Positions 1 through 9,238 of a DNA stretch of 49,381 nt are shown in pieces. Made by a program: the position numbers and the translations under genes. The notes beneath the pieces were generated by a model. The model made no database searches and was not told where the DNA came from. It saw nothing but the letters and a program-made list of their open reading frames with translations. This DNA is from Verrucomicrobiota bacterium (GTDB lineage: Bacteria; Verrucomicrobiota; Verrucomicrobiia; Limisphaerales; JAHEOI01): NCBI GenBank assembly GCA_018610125.1, contig JAHEOI010000372.1:1-49381 (forward strand), written 5' to 3'. Position 1 is the first letter of the stretch. Each line of letters begins with the position of its first letter.

Positions 1-386
1 AGATTCTGGGGGTGACGCTTGGCGTAATACCGCGCGGCCTCCAAAATCGACGTTGAGCCCAAAATTTCGACCGCCTCGGCGTATTCCTTGCATGCGGTCT
101 CGAGGGAAACCCCGACGGACTTCAAAGCTCCCTTGGCCTGGACGTATTCGGCTTTGTCCTTATCCTTGAGGGTCAAGACCTCGATTTCTCCGTGCTGCAT
201 CTTGGTCAGGATCTCGTTGGCCTTGCTTTTGGCCTCCGGTAGCCGGGACACACGTTGCTGTTTCCGTTTGCTTCCGACGTGGTAGTCGAGCATGTATCCC
301 TCCCGGCCCTTCTGGAACGCCCGGTAGATTTTGACGACGTTACCGCCGCGCTTCATCCGGATCGGGAATTGGGTCTCATCGCTCAC
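1..386 (-). CDS. Tyrosine recombinase / phage-type integrase, N-terminal fragment (gene runs off the left edge of the window)
   Basis: The minus-strand frame is open from GTG 386 (or ATG 356) to position 1. It is absent from the ORF track because it has no stop in the window. Translation VSDETQFPIRMKRGGNVVKIYRAFQKGREGYMLDYHVGSKRKQQRVSRLPEAKSKANEILTKMQHGE... resembles arm-binding N-termini of tRNA-targeting integrases, and it lies directly beside the tRNA-Leu 3' end. Confidence 0.45.
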   Translation of the reverse strand, partial: MSDETQFPIRMKRGGNVVKIYRAFQKGREGYMLDYHVGSKRKQQRVSRLPEAKSKANEILTKMQHGEIEVLTLKDKDKAEYVQAKGALKSVGVSLETACKEYAEAVEILGSTSILEAARYYAKRHPQN

Positions 387-536
387 GTCCGGGATGTTAC
401 TTCGGCGATACTTTCGAGGTAAAGCCCAGAGAAAACGGGTGGCAAAATCGGCTGCCACGTTACTAATCCGTGACTATTCGAGCCTTCATCCGTAGTCGCG
501 TGAGTCGTAACTCCTTGTGTGCCGGGAAATTGAAGA

Positions 537-621
537 TGGTGCGCTTAGCAGGATTCGAACCTGCACGGGTTGCCCCACTACCACCTCAAGGTAGCGTGTC
601 TGCCAATTCCACCATAAGCGC
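537..621 (-). tRNA. tRNA-Leu, anticodon GAG, long variable arm, CCA encoded
   Basis: The reverse complement reads GCGCTTA-TG-GTGGAATTGGCAGACACG-CTACC-TTGAGGT-GGTAG-TGGGGCAACCCGTG-CAGGTTCGAATCCTGC-TAAGCGC-ACCA. It has a 7-bp acceptor stem, the TTCGAAT T-loop, anticodon loop TTGAGGT (GAG) and a class II variable arm, colinear with E. coli tRNA-Leu. Confidence 0.93.
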
Positions 622-869
622 ACCCGCTCGTGCCAAACCACTTTCATTATGCGAAGGAGACTCCATATTCGCAAGGAAAAATTGCACCCGGATTGGGCCC
701 CGGTGGCCCGGACCCAGAAGGTCATCTCGCCATCGACCGACGAGCCTATTTCACCCCATCTTCGCGTAAACTTGGCCTAGGCGCTCCCTTCAAGTCACCG
801 ATCTCACTTCTCCGAAACCTTCGGCGCATCCGCATCAGCCCGAGGATATCTTGGGCGGCTGTCCCATAG

Positions 870-892
870 CCTCTCCCATCGGATGGGAGAGG
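870..892. repeat. Perfect 11-bp inverted repeat (CCTCTCCCATC g GATGGGAGAGG), a REP-like hairpin
   Basis: The arms at 870-880 and 882-892 are exact reverse complements. The same GGGAGAGGG flavour occurs in the hairpin at 14784-14811. Confidence 0.6.
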
Positions 893-971
893 GCGGGGTC
901 AGGGCTTTCTATACAGGAGCTTTTGCAGCGATCGGCAGGACCGTGGGCCAAGTCAAACCGCGCCGTGGTGA

Positions 972-1412
972 TTGTTTGATATGGACGGTTCAAGCAGGAC
1001 CAATCAAGGTTACGGTATGAACAGTTACGAAGAGCTCAGAAACGAGTTGGAGAACAAGCTATGGGAGCACTTTCCAAGAACACGGGAAGAAGAAGGCGCT
1101 GATTGGGGGGCGACATTGCTTGAAGAGCTTGAGGTCGAAGAATCGAAAGGCGACGAGGAGTCCTATTACGAAACCAAGTTGACTGAGCTGTTGGAGGATG
1201 CCCGCGAGACGGCCTTGATTACCCAGTATGAAAAGGGGTATCGGGAGGCCTCAGGGATGGAGGAGCTGGATACCGGCATTACGCTAATGGCCCACGATTG
1301 GGCCCAAGAGCTTTGGAAACAAGATAACGAGCGCTGGAAGGCCTTGACGGAAGAGGAAGCTTACTCGGAAGGGAGCGAGCGGGCCAAGGGGGAATCTTCG
1401 TTTCAGGAATAG
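972..1412 (+). CDS. Hypothetical, strongly acidic protein (alternative start ATG 1017)
   Basis: 146-aa ORF rich in E/D (LEELEVEESKGDEESYYETKLTELLEDARE...). I recognise no family, and it has no competing ORF. Confidence 0.4.
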   Translation: MFDMDGSSRTNQGYGMNSYEELRNELENKLWEHFPRTREEEGADWGATLLEELEVEESKGDEESYYETKLTELLEDARETALITQYEKGYREASGMEELDTGITLMAHDWAQELWKQDNERWKALTEEEAYSEGSERAKGESSFQE

Positions 1413-1528
1413 CGCCGGCGAAGCGTTGCCGAACATTCGACGGGCATGAATTCAAGGGTGATCGCGATTTCAGAGGGGCAAGAAAGACGGGGAGTTTGCC
1501 CGCGAAGGGCGCGAAGCGTCCGCGGCTT

Positions 1529-2776
1529 TTATCGACATTCATCGGCGGTTTTGAAACAAGCGCGCTCTTCCATGGCGCACTCCTCCTCCTTTGAGATCAA
1601 GAATTCCGCGCCTGCTGCATCGGCAAACCGGATCCCTTGTGAGGTCAGGCGAAACCCTTCCGCGGTTCGAGCACCCCAGCCAATTCGCACGAGGTACTCG
1701 ATTGTCGATCCCCAATGTGTTTCCAGATCGAAACCGGTCGTGCGCCTGAATTGCTCATAGGGCCAACCGGCATTCATTCGCAAGCCAAACGCGGCTGCCT
1801 CGCCGGCCCTCGCCAAAGGAGAAAGGATCTCTCGGTAATCCACCGGCCACCGGCCTTGCTCGATTTCCCGGCAATAAATTTCCGTATTGGCGTAGTTTAG
1901 TGTCCGCTCGGCATTGACATAACCGGCTGCGCTCGGCCCCAACGCATAATACTCCCCACCGCGCCAATAGTTCATGTTATGCCGGCACGCCTTATCCGGG
2001 ATCTCGCCATTGCCAAGGTGCGTCGCAAAGGGTGTCGAAGTCCGGGCAAAATTGGAGACCTCATACTGCATCACGCCATGCCGCGCCAGCCTTTGGAGGA
2101 GCTCATCGTAGAGCTGTTCGTTCAACTCCTGGTCGATGGTCACGCGTCCGGCCCTGAGGTCTGCAAGCAGGGGGGTATCGTCTTCGTACGTCAGCTCATA
2201 ACAAGCGAGGTGCTCCGACTCGAAGGCAAGGATTTCATCCAATGTCTCTCGCCAGATTTCGAGACTCTGTTCAGGGATCCCAAACATGAGATCCAGGTTG
2301 ATATTGTCAAAGCCGGCCGCCCGCAATGTGTTGAACGAGTCAAAGACCATGCTCCGGGTGTGAATTCGCCCCAAGCGCTCGAGAAGGGCTTCATTGAGCG
2401 ACTGCACTCCCATCGAAATCCGGTTGACGCCATAATCTCTGAAAAGCCTTGCCTTGTCGCTTGAAACGGTCGCCGGATTGCACTCGACAGTCCATTCCTC
2501 TGCTCCCAGCCAGCCCAGACGATCCATGGCTTTCATGATTCGCTGCCACTGACGTCGGTTCAAAATCGACGGCGTCCCGCCTCCAAAGAAGACCGTTCTT
2601 GGTGCAAGCCCCTCTCCGATCCACTCCATCTCTTGGATCAGTGCCGAGACGAACCGATCGACGGTGGCCCGATCCGGAAGATGCGAGTAAAATGCGCAGT
2701 AAGCGCACTTGTGCGCACAAAACGGCACATGAATGTAGACGCTTCTACCGTGTTGTTCTTGAGCTTGGTTCGGCAT
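1529..2776 (-). CDS. hemW: Radical SAM heme chaperone / oxygen-independent coproporphyrinogen-III oxidase-like protein (HemW/HemN family)
   Basis: N-terminal CxxxCxxC radical SAM motif (HVPFCAHKCAYCAFYS), GGGTPS motif, and a length of 415 aa typical of HemW. Confidence 0.85.
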   Translation of the reverse strand: MPNQAQEQHGRSVYIHVPFCAHKCAYCAFYSHLPDRATVDRFVSALIQEMEWIGEGLAPRTVFFGGGTPSILNRRQWQRIMKAMDRLGWLGAEEWTVECNPATVSSDKARLFRDYGVNRISMGVQSLNEALLERLGRIHTRSMVFDSFNTLRAAGFDNINLDLMFGIPEQSLEIWRETLDEILAFESEHLACYELTYEDDTPLLADLRAGRVTIDQELNEQLYDELLQRLARHGVMQYEVSNFARTSTPFATHLGNGEIPDKACRHNMNYWRGGEYYALGPSAAGYVNAERTLNYANTEIYCREIEQGRWPVDYREILSPLARAGEAAAFGLRMNAGWPYEQFRRTTGFDLETHWGSTIEYLVRIGWGARTAEGFRLTSQGIRFADAAGAEFLISKEEECAMEERACFKTADECR

Positions 2777-2894
2777 AGCTAACGCTTTTCGCTCGCATAC
2801 ACCCTACTCGTTTCAAGCCATTCTTGCATCCAACTTCGATTGAATCGAATGTCTCGAGCCGTTACGCTTCGGTCCAAAAAAGAACGATCAGGCT

Positions 2895-3698
2895 ATGCCA
2901 ATGCCACCGGATTACCACATGCATACCCCTCTTTGCCGTCATGCAACCGGCGAGCCGACCGAATACGCCGCGCAGGCAAAGCAGGTCGGGCTCAGCGAGA
3001 TCGGGTTTTCCGATCATAGTCCGATGGCACGCGACGACTTCGACGATTGGCGGATGAAAGCCGATGAATTGGAGGAATATATCCGCCAAGTGAAGCAAGC
3101 CCAGACCGATCACCCAAGCTTGACGATTCGCTTGGCTCTTGAGATCGATTTCCTCCCGGGACAAGAAGACTGGATCCGCGAGCTTGTCCGACGTCACCCG
3201 TGGGACTACGTGATCGGGTCGGTCCACTATGTCTCGAGCACGTGGGCACTCGATAATCCCAATCAGATCGACGAGTGGGAGCGACGCGATCCGGACGAAG
3301 TGTGGGGAACCTACTTCGATTGGCTAACCCAGGCCGTCAATACCAAGCTCTTCGATATCATCGGTCACGCGGACCTCTGTAAGAAGTTCCGCTATTATCC
3401 AAACAGGGATCTCACCCCTGACATTGGCCGTTTTCTCGATGCCGCTCAGGCGACCGACACGGCGATCGAGATTAATACGGCGGGTCTGCGCAAGGATTGT
3501 GGCGAAATGTATCCGAGCCTCCTTATTTTAAAAAAGGCCTTTCGGCGGGAAATCGGGCTGACGTTTGGCTCGGATGCTCATAATGCCTCCGAGGTCGGCA
3601 TGGCATTCCCAGAGGCGGTCAAAATGGCCAAATCGGCCGGGTATCGATCGTATTGTCGGTTTGAGGGGCGATCCCGGAAGACAGAGCCGTTGCCATAA
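2895..3698 (+). CDS. Histidinol-phosphatase, PHP family (HisJ/HisK type)
   Basis: DYHMHTPLCRHA N-terminal PHP metal motif, GFSDHSP, SVHY and GSDAH motifs; 267 aa. Confidence 0.8.
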   Translation: MPMPPDYHMHTPLCRHATGEPTEYAAQAKQVGLSEIGFSDHSPMARDDFDDWRMKADELEEYIRQVKQAQTDHPSLTIRLALEIDFLPGQEDWIRELVRRHPWDYVIGSVHYVSSTWALDNPNQIDEWERRDPDEVWGTYFDWLTQAVNTKLFDIIGHADLCKKFRYYPNRDLTPDIGRFLDAAQATDTAIEINTAGLRKDCGEMYPSLLILKKAFRREIGLTFGSDAHNASEVGMAFPEAVKMAKSAGYRSYCRFEGRSRKTEPLP

Positions 3699-3736
3699 GC
3701 GGTAGCGACGGTACGCCGCACTGCCGTTCCCGCTCT

Positions 3737-3813
3737 TGAACATCGAGGACGATGTCCCTATCAAGGGGGGAAGCGGAATGAAGTGTGGGACGCCGAGGAC
3801 AGCGTCCCTATCA
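3737..3813. repeat. Two tandem copies (50-nt period) of the hairpin-TATCA interspersed repeat (family 1)
   Basis: Copy 1 is TGAACATCG-AGGA-CGATGTCCC-TATCA (3737-3763). Copy 2 is GGGACGCCG-AGGA-CAGCGTCCC-TATCA (3787-3813). They lie between the convergent stops at 3698 and 3835. Confidence 0.7.
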
Positions 3814-3834
3814 AGTGAGGCGGGAAGACCGCTT

Positions 3835-4698
3835 TTACTCCTCTTTTTCCTTTTTCTTCTTCTTTTCCTCCTGCTCCTTCTTCTGCTTCTCTACCTCATC
3901 CTTTTTGATGACCTCAACTTTGGCCCCCTTCTCCAGTTCTTCCTTGGAGGGGACCTTGATGATATCGCTGGTCACCGGCTCTTGGCGGTTCACTCCAAGG
4001 AGCTCGACATCAAAGATCAGGGCTTGATTGGGACCGATCCGAGGAGGTTTTCCCGTTTCCCCATATCCGAGCTCGGGCGGGATAAAAAGACGCCACTTTC
4101 CACCGACGCTCATGCGGGTAAGCGCCTGAGTCCATCCTTTGACAACCCGATTCGCGGCAAAGGTGGAAGGCTTGCCACGCTCGTAAGAACTGTCAAAGAC
4201 TGTCCCATCCAACAGTTTACCTCGGTAATGGACCTTCACCTTGTCCCAACGCTTGGGAGTCTCGCCATCGCCCTTTTTCAAGACCTTGTACTGGAGTCCG
4301 CTCGAAAGGGTCTTCACCCCCTCTTTCGACCTGTTCTTTTTAAGGAACTGCTTCGCCTTGGCCTTATTGATCTTGGCGGCCTTTTTTTTCTGAGCTTGCG
4401 CGCGCTTGCTAATGACCGTCCGAAACTCATTCATTGCCGCACGCGTCTCCTTCTGAGGAAGCAAACGGGAGCTGCCGCTTAACGAGTCTTGAATCCCTTG
4501 AATCAAGCTCTGGAAATCCATGTCCTCAACCCGAACACCGCGCTCCTTCCAACTCTTTCCGAGCTCAAAGCCGATCCCGTAGCTGTACTTGCTTTGCGCT
4601 TTGCTCGACATTGTCTTCTTGGGAGCCTGCGCCAGTCCGAGATGCGCTGAAAGACCAATGCCTCCGATGACAAACAAAATGGTGACTGCGTTTTTCAT
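3835..4698 (-). CDS. FKBP-type peptidyl-prolyl cis-trans isomerase (FkpA/Mip-like) with signal peptide and K/E-rich C-terminal tail
   Basis: N-terminal signal-like [30 protein letters not shown] core [40 protein letters not shown]...GYGETG...[10 protein letters not shown]. Tail [23 protein letters not shown]. Confidence 0.88.
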   Translation of the reverse strand: MKNAVTILFVIGGIGLSAHLGLAQAPKKTMSSKAQSKYSYGIGFELGKSWKERGVRVEDMDFQSLIQGIQDSLSGSSRLLPQKETRAAMNEFRTVISKRAQAQKKKAAKINKAKAKQFLKKNRSKEGVKTLSSGLQYKVLKKGDGETPKRWDKVKVHYRGKLLDGTVFDSSYERGKPSTFAANRVVKGWTQALTRMSVGGKWRLFIPPELGYGETGKPPRIGPNQALIFDVELLGVNRQEPVTSDIIKVPSKEELEKGAKVEVIKKDEVEKQKKEQEEKKKKKEKEE

Positions 4699-4721
4699 AA
4701 CTTTAATCGGATTTGATTTAA

Positions 4722-5393
4722 CTAGCCTGAGCTTGCGTTTTCAACGAAAATCTTTGCCGCAGCGGTCGTCCCAAGCGTAATGGAACGATTGTTCGTAAAG
4801 CCAAGAGTAATGGAATCCGCTGCTGTATTACGGTCCTCAACCTCCAGCTCGGTGCCGAGCACAAGGCCGAAATTATGGACAAACCCAAGAAAGTCGGGAT
4901 CTTGGTCGGCAATCTGGGCAATTCTAACCCGCTCCCCGACGTCACAGCCGACCAAGCTCTCGAGCTTGCGATCGATTAATCGCCCGTCGGCCGTTGGGAT
5001 CGGATCGCCATGAGGATCTTCTGTCGGATGCCCCAAGACTTCGTCGATTCGCTCAAGGACACGGTCCGAAATGACATGCTCCAGCTTCTCGGCTTCCTCA
5101 TGGATCTCGGTCCAATCCATCTTGAGCACCTCCACTAGGAAGATCTCGATGAGACGGTGACGCCTAAGCACTTGAAGGGCGAGATTTCTTCCCTTTTCCG
5201 TGAGGCGCACCCCGACCCAAGGCTCATACTGGACCAATCCGAGATTGGCCAGCGACTTGATCATGGTGGTGGCTGTGCCCGGCACCACCCCCAGAGCGGC
5301 AGAGACTTTCCCCATGGGCACCTCCGGACGACCGATTTCCTGAGCCGCCAGGTAGATCTGCTTCACATAGTTCTCTACCGTGATTGTCGGCAT
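4722..5393 (-). CDS. DtxR/MntR-family metal-dependent transcriptional repressor with C-terminal FeoA/SH3-like domain
   Basis: ENYVKQIY...[15 protein letters not shown]...[27 protein letters not shown]...[12 protein letters not shown] matches the DtxR HTH plus dimerisation/metal-binding domains. Confidence 0.88.
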   Translation of the reverse strand: MPTITVENYVKQIYLAAQEIGRPEVPMGKVSAALGVVPGTATTMIKSLANLGLVQYEPWVGVRLTEKGRNLALQVLRRHRLIEIFLVEVLKMDWTEIHEEAEKLEHVISDRVLERIDEVLGHPTEDPHGDPIPTADGRLIDRKLESLVGCDVGERVRIAQIADQDPDFLGFVHNFGLVLGTELEVEDRNTAADSITLGFTNNRSITLGTTAAAKIFVENASSG

Positions 5394-5466
5394 GAGGCTT
5401 CATCGACGACGCTGGAAGCTCTCGAGCGTCCGTCCAGCGTTCTCGTCGATTTGAGGTAGCGCTTCG

Positions 5467-6738
5467 CTAGCTTTTGACCAAGAGCTTCTTTTCAACGGAA
5501 TAATTTTCAAGCACAACGTACTTGGGCAGGCCCCCTTCGAGGGGCAGCTTGGGCTGACCCTGGATCAGCGGCGCCGCATACGCGATAAACTGCTCATTTG
5601 GCAGGAACCCATCTTCGGAGAGCCATTCCCGAGGGACCAGCTTCTCTTGATTGGCGATCTCGTTGAGGTCGTGCAGCTCGGTGTGGCATTCATAGGGATC
5701 GTTCTGTCCCCGCACAAGCTTGATCATGTAGCCGCTCTTACCTTCGACAGCACCCCGGACCGCCGCTTGACCGCAGGCAACCGCCTCATCAATGTCGGTT
5801 TGACTTGCGAAGTGGGCCGCGGCCCGCTGCGCGTAGCCAAGCTTGGCCGTCCGCGTTTTCGTGCCAAGCTTCTCTTCGACAATCTCGCCCAAATTCTCGG
5901 CAGCCCCCGACAAGAGCGGATGTCCGAAAGCATCGACCCGGGTCTTATCGACGCCGATCTCTTCTCCTTGAGCGTCCTTGATTCCCTCGCCGACCACGAC
6001 GACGCAATAATTATGGGTATCCGTGACCGCTTTCACCCGGGAAAGGAAGCTTTCTTGATCAAACGGAATCTCTGGTACCAGGACAATGTGGGGAGCATCG
6101 GAGGGATTCCGACGAGCCAGGACGGTGCCGGCGGCAATCCAGCCTGCCGAACGCCCCATCACCTCGACCAAACAGCACATTCCTTGGTCGCTGGCCATGC
6201 TCCCGACATCCTTACCGATCTCGGCAATCGTTGTCGCGTTGTATTTGGCCACCGACCCAAAGCCCGGGGAGTGGTCCGTATTCGGGAGATCGTTGTCGAT
6301 CGTCTTCGGGACCCCGATCACCCGGAGCTCATAGCCTCGCTCCGCGGCATGCTGATGGATCTTATTGGAGGTATCCTGCGAATCATTCCCTCCGATATAA
6401 CAGAAGTATCGGATATTATGCGCCTCCAAGACCTCGCATAACCGATCAAGATCCTTGGCCGCTTGCTCGGGCTTCTTTTTGAAATCGAGCTTGTAGCGAC
6501 AGGTCCCTAACGCCGCTCCCGGAGTGTACTTGAGGTTATCGATCGCCCTTGCCTTTTCCTCATTAAAATCGATCAAATCTTCATTCAGGATCCCGAGCAC
6601 GCCGTTTCGGCTGCCGTAAATTTCCTCAATCCCCTCGTGCTTACCCGCCTCCTGAACTACGCCGGCCAGACTCGCATTGATTACAGCGGTCGGCCCACCT
6701 GATTGCGCTACTAAAAGATTTCCAGTTAAATCAGCCAT
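5467..6738 (-). CDS. pfp: Phosphofructokinase, probably pyrophosphate-dependent (PFP)
   Basis: PFK motifs SGGPTAVINAS, IGGNDS (Asp where ATP-PFKs have Gly), GVPKTIDND (Lys where ATP-PFKs have Gly) and VEVMGRSAGW. I place the start at ATG 6738 (MADLTGNLLVAQSGG); the 44-codon upstream extension in the track looks non-coding. Confidence 0.85.
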   Translation of the reverse strand: MADLTGNLLVAQSGGPTAVINASLAGVVQEAGKHEGIEEIYGSRNGVLGILNEDLIDFNEEKARAIDNLKYTPGAALGTCRYKLDFKKKPEQAAKDLDRLCEVLEAHNIRYFCYIGGNDSQDTSNKIHQHAAERGYELRVIGVPKTIDNDLPNTDHSPGFGSVAKYNATTIAEIGKDVGSMASDQGMCCLVEVMGRSAGWIAAGTVLARRNPSDAPHIVLVPEIPFDQESFLSRVKAVTDTHNYCVVVVGEGIKDAQGEEIGVDKTRVDAFGHPLLSGAAENLGEIVEEKLGTKTRTAKLGYAQRAAAHFASQTDIDEAVACGQAAVRGAVEGKSGYMIKLVRGQNDPYECHTELHDLNEIANQEKLVPREWLSEDGFLPNEQFIAYAAPLIQGQPKLPLEGGLPKYVVLENYSVEKKLLVKS

Positions 6739-6866
6739 AATTATTTTGTTATTTCGGACTCGGCACCTCCGCCAAGATTGATGCCTGAATGGCGTCGACA
6801 TCGACCCTAGTGAAAACGATACATGGCAGTACCGAAGAACCCAACCCAAAAAAGTCAAAAATTGGG

Positions 6867-7736
6867 TCAAACCACCACGACCGGATTTTCAAGCTGTCCG
6901 ACCCCGGAAAGGTCGATTTGGACGCGATCCCCTTCTTGAAGTGTGAAATCGTCCGGTGGCACCAGCCCTGTGCCGGTCAACAAGATGACGCCGTTTGGAA
7001 ACCGCTGACACCGGAAGAGATAATCGATCAAGTCGCTTAACGGGCGCTTGATCTGTGCCAATCTCGTCTCGAGCTCGACGGCGACGGTCTCCCCCCGAAG
7101 AATGCGCAGGTGGATTTCCCACTCCCGGATCGCGGCCTCACTCGTTTCCAGCGCCAGGAACGGGCCCAACGCGCAGGAACGGTCGTACACCTTGGCCTGC
7201 GGCAGATAAAGGAGATTCTCCCCTTCAATGTCCCGCGAGCTCATGTCGTTCCCGATGGTACACCCGAGCATTTCGCCTCCCGAGCTCAGAAAGATGGCCA
7301 GTTCCGGCTCCGGAACGCTCCAATCGGCGTCATGGCGGATACCGACCGCCTCCCACGGGCCGACCACTTTTTCAGGCTGGGCTTTGAAAAAGAGCTCCGG
7401 GCGAGCCGCCTCGTAGACCCGGTCATAGGCCGAAGCGCTAAAATCCGACTCCTCCATTCGCGCGGACTTGCTACGAAGATATGTCACCCCCGCGGCCCAC
7501 ACCTCTTGATAATCGACCGGTGCAAGGAGCGTCACCTCGCCTCGCTTGTGGCTGGGCCATTCCATCTCCCTTCCCGAGCGACCGTCGGCCCGCGCCTTAC
7601 CTCCCAGCTCCAAGGCCGCTTGCTCAAGCGTGCTCCCCTTTTCCGGGCGTCTCGGATATTCAAGGATTCGTTCGTTATCCCGGACCTCGCCGATCCGAAT
7701 ATTCCCTTGACGGTCTTTCAATCGACACAATTTCAT
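6867..7736 (-). CDS. Fumarylacetoacetate hydrolase (FAH) family protein
   Basis: The C-terminal FAH fold pattern ([13 protein letters not shown]..., [47 protein letters not shown]) is present. Start chosen at ATG 7736 (MKLCRLKD); the longer track ORF would overlap the divergent neighbour. Confidence 0.8.
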   Translation of the reverse strand: MKLCRLKDRQGNIRIGEVRDNERILEYPRRPEKGSTLEQAALELGGKARADGRSGREMEWPSHKRGEVTLLAPVDYQEVWAAGVTYLRSKSARMEESDFSASAYDRVYEAARPELFFKAQPEKVVGPWEAVGIRHDADWSVPEPELAIFLSSGGEMLGCTIGNDMSSRDIEGENLLYLPQAKVYDRSCALGPFLALETSEAAIREWEIHLRILRGETVAVELETRLAQIKRPLSDLIDYLFRCQRFPNGVILLTGTGLVPPDDFTLQEGDRVQIDLSGVGQLENPVVVV

Positions 7737-7813
7737 CGTTCCCACCAGCCCGTTTCTCTCGGATACGAGATCCGATATACTGTCCTCTCGCCCCCCATTG
7801 ACTCTAATGGCGA

Positions 7814-8326
7814 ATGCCTCCAAAAATCGTTGCATTTCCCCGCCAAAATCGCTATAGATTATCTGTGAAAGTAAGGGCTTTAACGAAGGCACTTTGCTTG
7901 CTTTTGCCCCTGTTGGCGACAGCCCCGACACAGGGGGTGACTTACGGGCAAAAGGTGGTTGCCGCTGTCCTTATGGCGGAGGCATGGGGCGAGGGACCGA
8001 AAGCGATGACAGCGGTTGCGGAAGTGATCCGCACCCGAGCCGATAAATGGGGGGTAAGTCCCTTGGCCGTGGTGAAGCGGGAACGCCATTTTTCCTGCCT
8101 CAATCAGACCACGCCGGAGCAGTTGATTCGCAAATTCCACGATAAGGAAGACTTCAAGGTCGCGCTCACGATTGCCCGAACCATGTACAATCGGCCGGAG
8201 CATTTGCCGGACTTCGCGGAAGGCGCGACGCATTTCGATGCCCTTCGCAATCGTCCTTATTGGGCCCAAGGAAAACGCCCCGTCGCCGTCATTGGTAAGT
8301 TGGCGTTTTACAAATTGAACATTTAG
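7814..8326 (+). CDS. Cell-wall hydrolase, SleB/CwlJ (Hydrolase_2) family, secreted (alternative start GTG 7865)
   Basis: Signal-like [16 protein letters not shown], then [33 protein letters not shown] and GATHFDA...PYWA...IGKLAFYK, which matches the SleB-domain pattern. Confidence 0.65.
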   Translation: MPPKIVAFPRQNRYRLSVKVRALTKALCLLLPLLATAPTQGVTYGQKVVAAVLMAEAWGEGPKAMTAVAEVIRTRADKWGVSPLAVVKRERHFSCLNQTTPEQLIRKFHDKEDFKVALTIARTMYNRPEHLPDFAEGATHFDALRNRPYWAQGKRPVAVIGKLAFYKLNI

Positions 8327-8474
8327 AGTCTGGAAAGGAGTAAGGGTATGGCATTCCCCCTAGGCCGAAAGCAATGGAAGGGGACTCAGGAGGCATGCCG
8401 ATAAATTTTCCCCCTTGCTTTCCGGATCGGCGCCACCTAGATTATGATTCCTTGTAATAGAGGATTTGACTTTT

Positions 8475-8687
8475 ATGCGACGCCCTAGACTTACAAAGAC
8501 GCGGAAATCGGTAGCGAGGCGGTTCAAGATCACCGCCAATGGGAAGGTCATGCGAAACCACGCCGGCAAGCGCCACCTTTTGCGCAAAAAGGATGCGAGA
8601 CACCGGCGCCGTTTGGGCTCCGAGGTGCAGATTGACCCCTCGGACGCAAAGCGCATTAAGAAGAACCTTCCGTTTGGAGCCCGCTAA
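8475..8687 (+). CDS. rpmI: 50S ribosomal protein L35
   Basis: MRRPRLTKTRKSVARRFKITANGKVMRNHAGKRHLLRKK is the typical L35 sequence. It lies directly upstream of rplT. Start at the second ATG of the track ORF. Confidence 0.9.
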   Translation: MRRPRLTKTRKSVARRFKITANGKVMRNHAGKRHLLRKKDARHRRRLGSEVQIDPSDAKRIKKNLPFGAR

Positions 8688-8763
8688 GGCCGGTTGGAAC
8701 AAGAATCGAGGCGCAGAGGAAAATCGACTTAAGCTGAGTCATTAAGGAAGCGAACCGAATACT

Positions 8764-9129
8764 ATGCGAGTCACAAACGCTCCGGCTTCAAGACAACGAA
8801 GAAAGAAGATGGTCCATGCGGCGAAGGGCTTCCGCATGCGGCGCTCGAAGCTTTACCGCTACGCGAAGGATGCCCTCGACCATGGTCGCCAGTATGCCTA
8901 TCGGGACCGCCGCGCCAGAAAGCGTCGTTTCAGACAGTTTTGGCAAACCCGTATCAATGCCGCCACCCGCGATGCCGGCCTTACCTATAGTCGATTCATG
9001 GAAGGATTGAAGGCCGCCAATGTCAATCTTGACCGAAAAGTCCTGGCAGATATCGCAGCCAGAGACCCGGCAGCCTTCAATGAGCTGATCAAGACAGCCC
9101 AGGACGGCCTCAAAAGCAAGGCCAATTAA
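8764..9129 (+). CDS. rplT: 50S ribosomal protein L20
   Basis: RRKKMVHAAKGFRMRRSKLYRYAKDAL...YAYRDRRARKRRFRQFWQTRINAA...NLDRKVLADIA is the canonical L20 sequence. Confidence 0.95.
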   Translation: MRVTNAPASRQRRKKMVHAAKGFRMRRSKLYRYAKDALDHGRQYAYRDRRARKRRFRQFWQTRINAATRDAGLTYSRFMEGLKAANVNLDRKVLADIAARDPAAFNELIKTAQDGLKSKAN

Positions 9130-9202
9130 CGTTTTTTCGTAAGCTTAGCCTGCACCCAAAAGTAGGGCCCCGAGAAAGTCTTGAAGTAGCGTTTTGGTTG
9201 GA

Positions 9203-9238
9203 AACGGGCTGTCTTGAACGTAAGGCGCCCGTTTTTTC
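9203..9238 (+). terminator. Rho-independent terminator / attenuator between rplT and pheS
   Basis: Stem AACGGGC (9203-9209) pairs with GCCCGTT (9227-9233) and runs into a T tract (GTTTTTTCG). Confidence 0.6.

Noticed and set aside
470-869. ORFs of 79-99 aa overlapping the tRNA-Leu gene.
   Set aside because: They overlap a well-folded tRNA, and their composition is non-coding-like.
3737-3813. Possible mini-CRISPR array (two similar units 50 nt apart).
   Set aside because: There are only two units. They belong to a dispersed hairpin repeat family found singly elsewhere, and there is no cas gene or leader.
3736-4482. 248-aa plus-strand ORF with a poly-Leu/Phe segment that looks like a membrane protein.
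   Set aside because: It is entirely antisense to the well-supported FKBP isomerase gene. The hydrophobic run is the complement of that gene's Lys/Glu tail.
5647-6441. 264-aa plus-strand ORF.
   Set aside because: It is antisense to the phosphofructokinase gene, has no recognisable motifs, and shows the typical GC-rich shadow-frame composition.
7110-7868. 252-aa plus-strand ORF, with other Pro/Arg-rich ORFs nearby.
   Set aside because: It is antisense to the FAH-family gene. The Arg/Pro/Ser-rich composition is typical of non-coding frames.
6739-7931. Long N-terminal extensions of track ORFs: PFK to 6870, FAH to 7931, and likewise PIG-L to 18845, modA to 25100, DUF1080 to 44325, DUF6883-like to 47789 and DUF2442-like to 48332.
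   Set aside because: Homology-like sequence starts at internal ATGs. The extensions overlap neighbouring genes or repeats and have non-coding composition.
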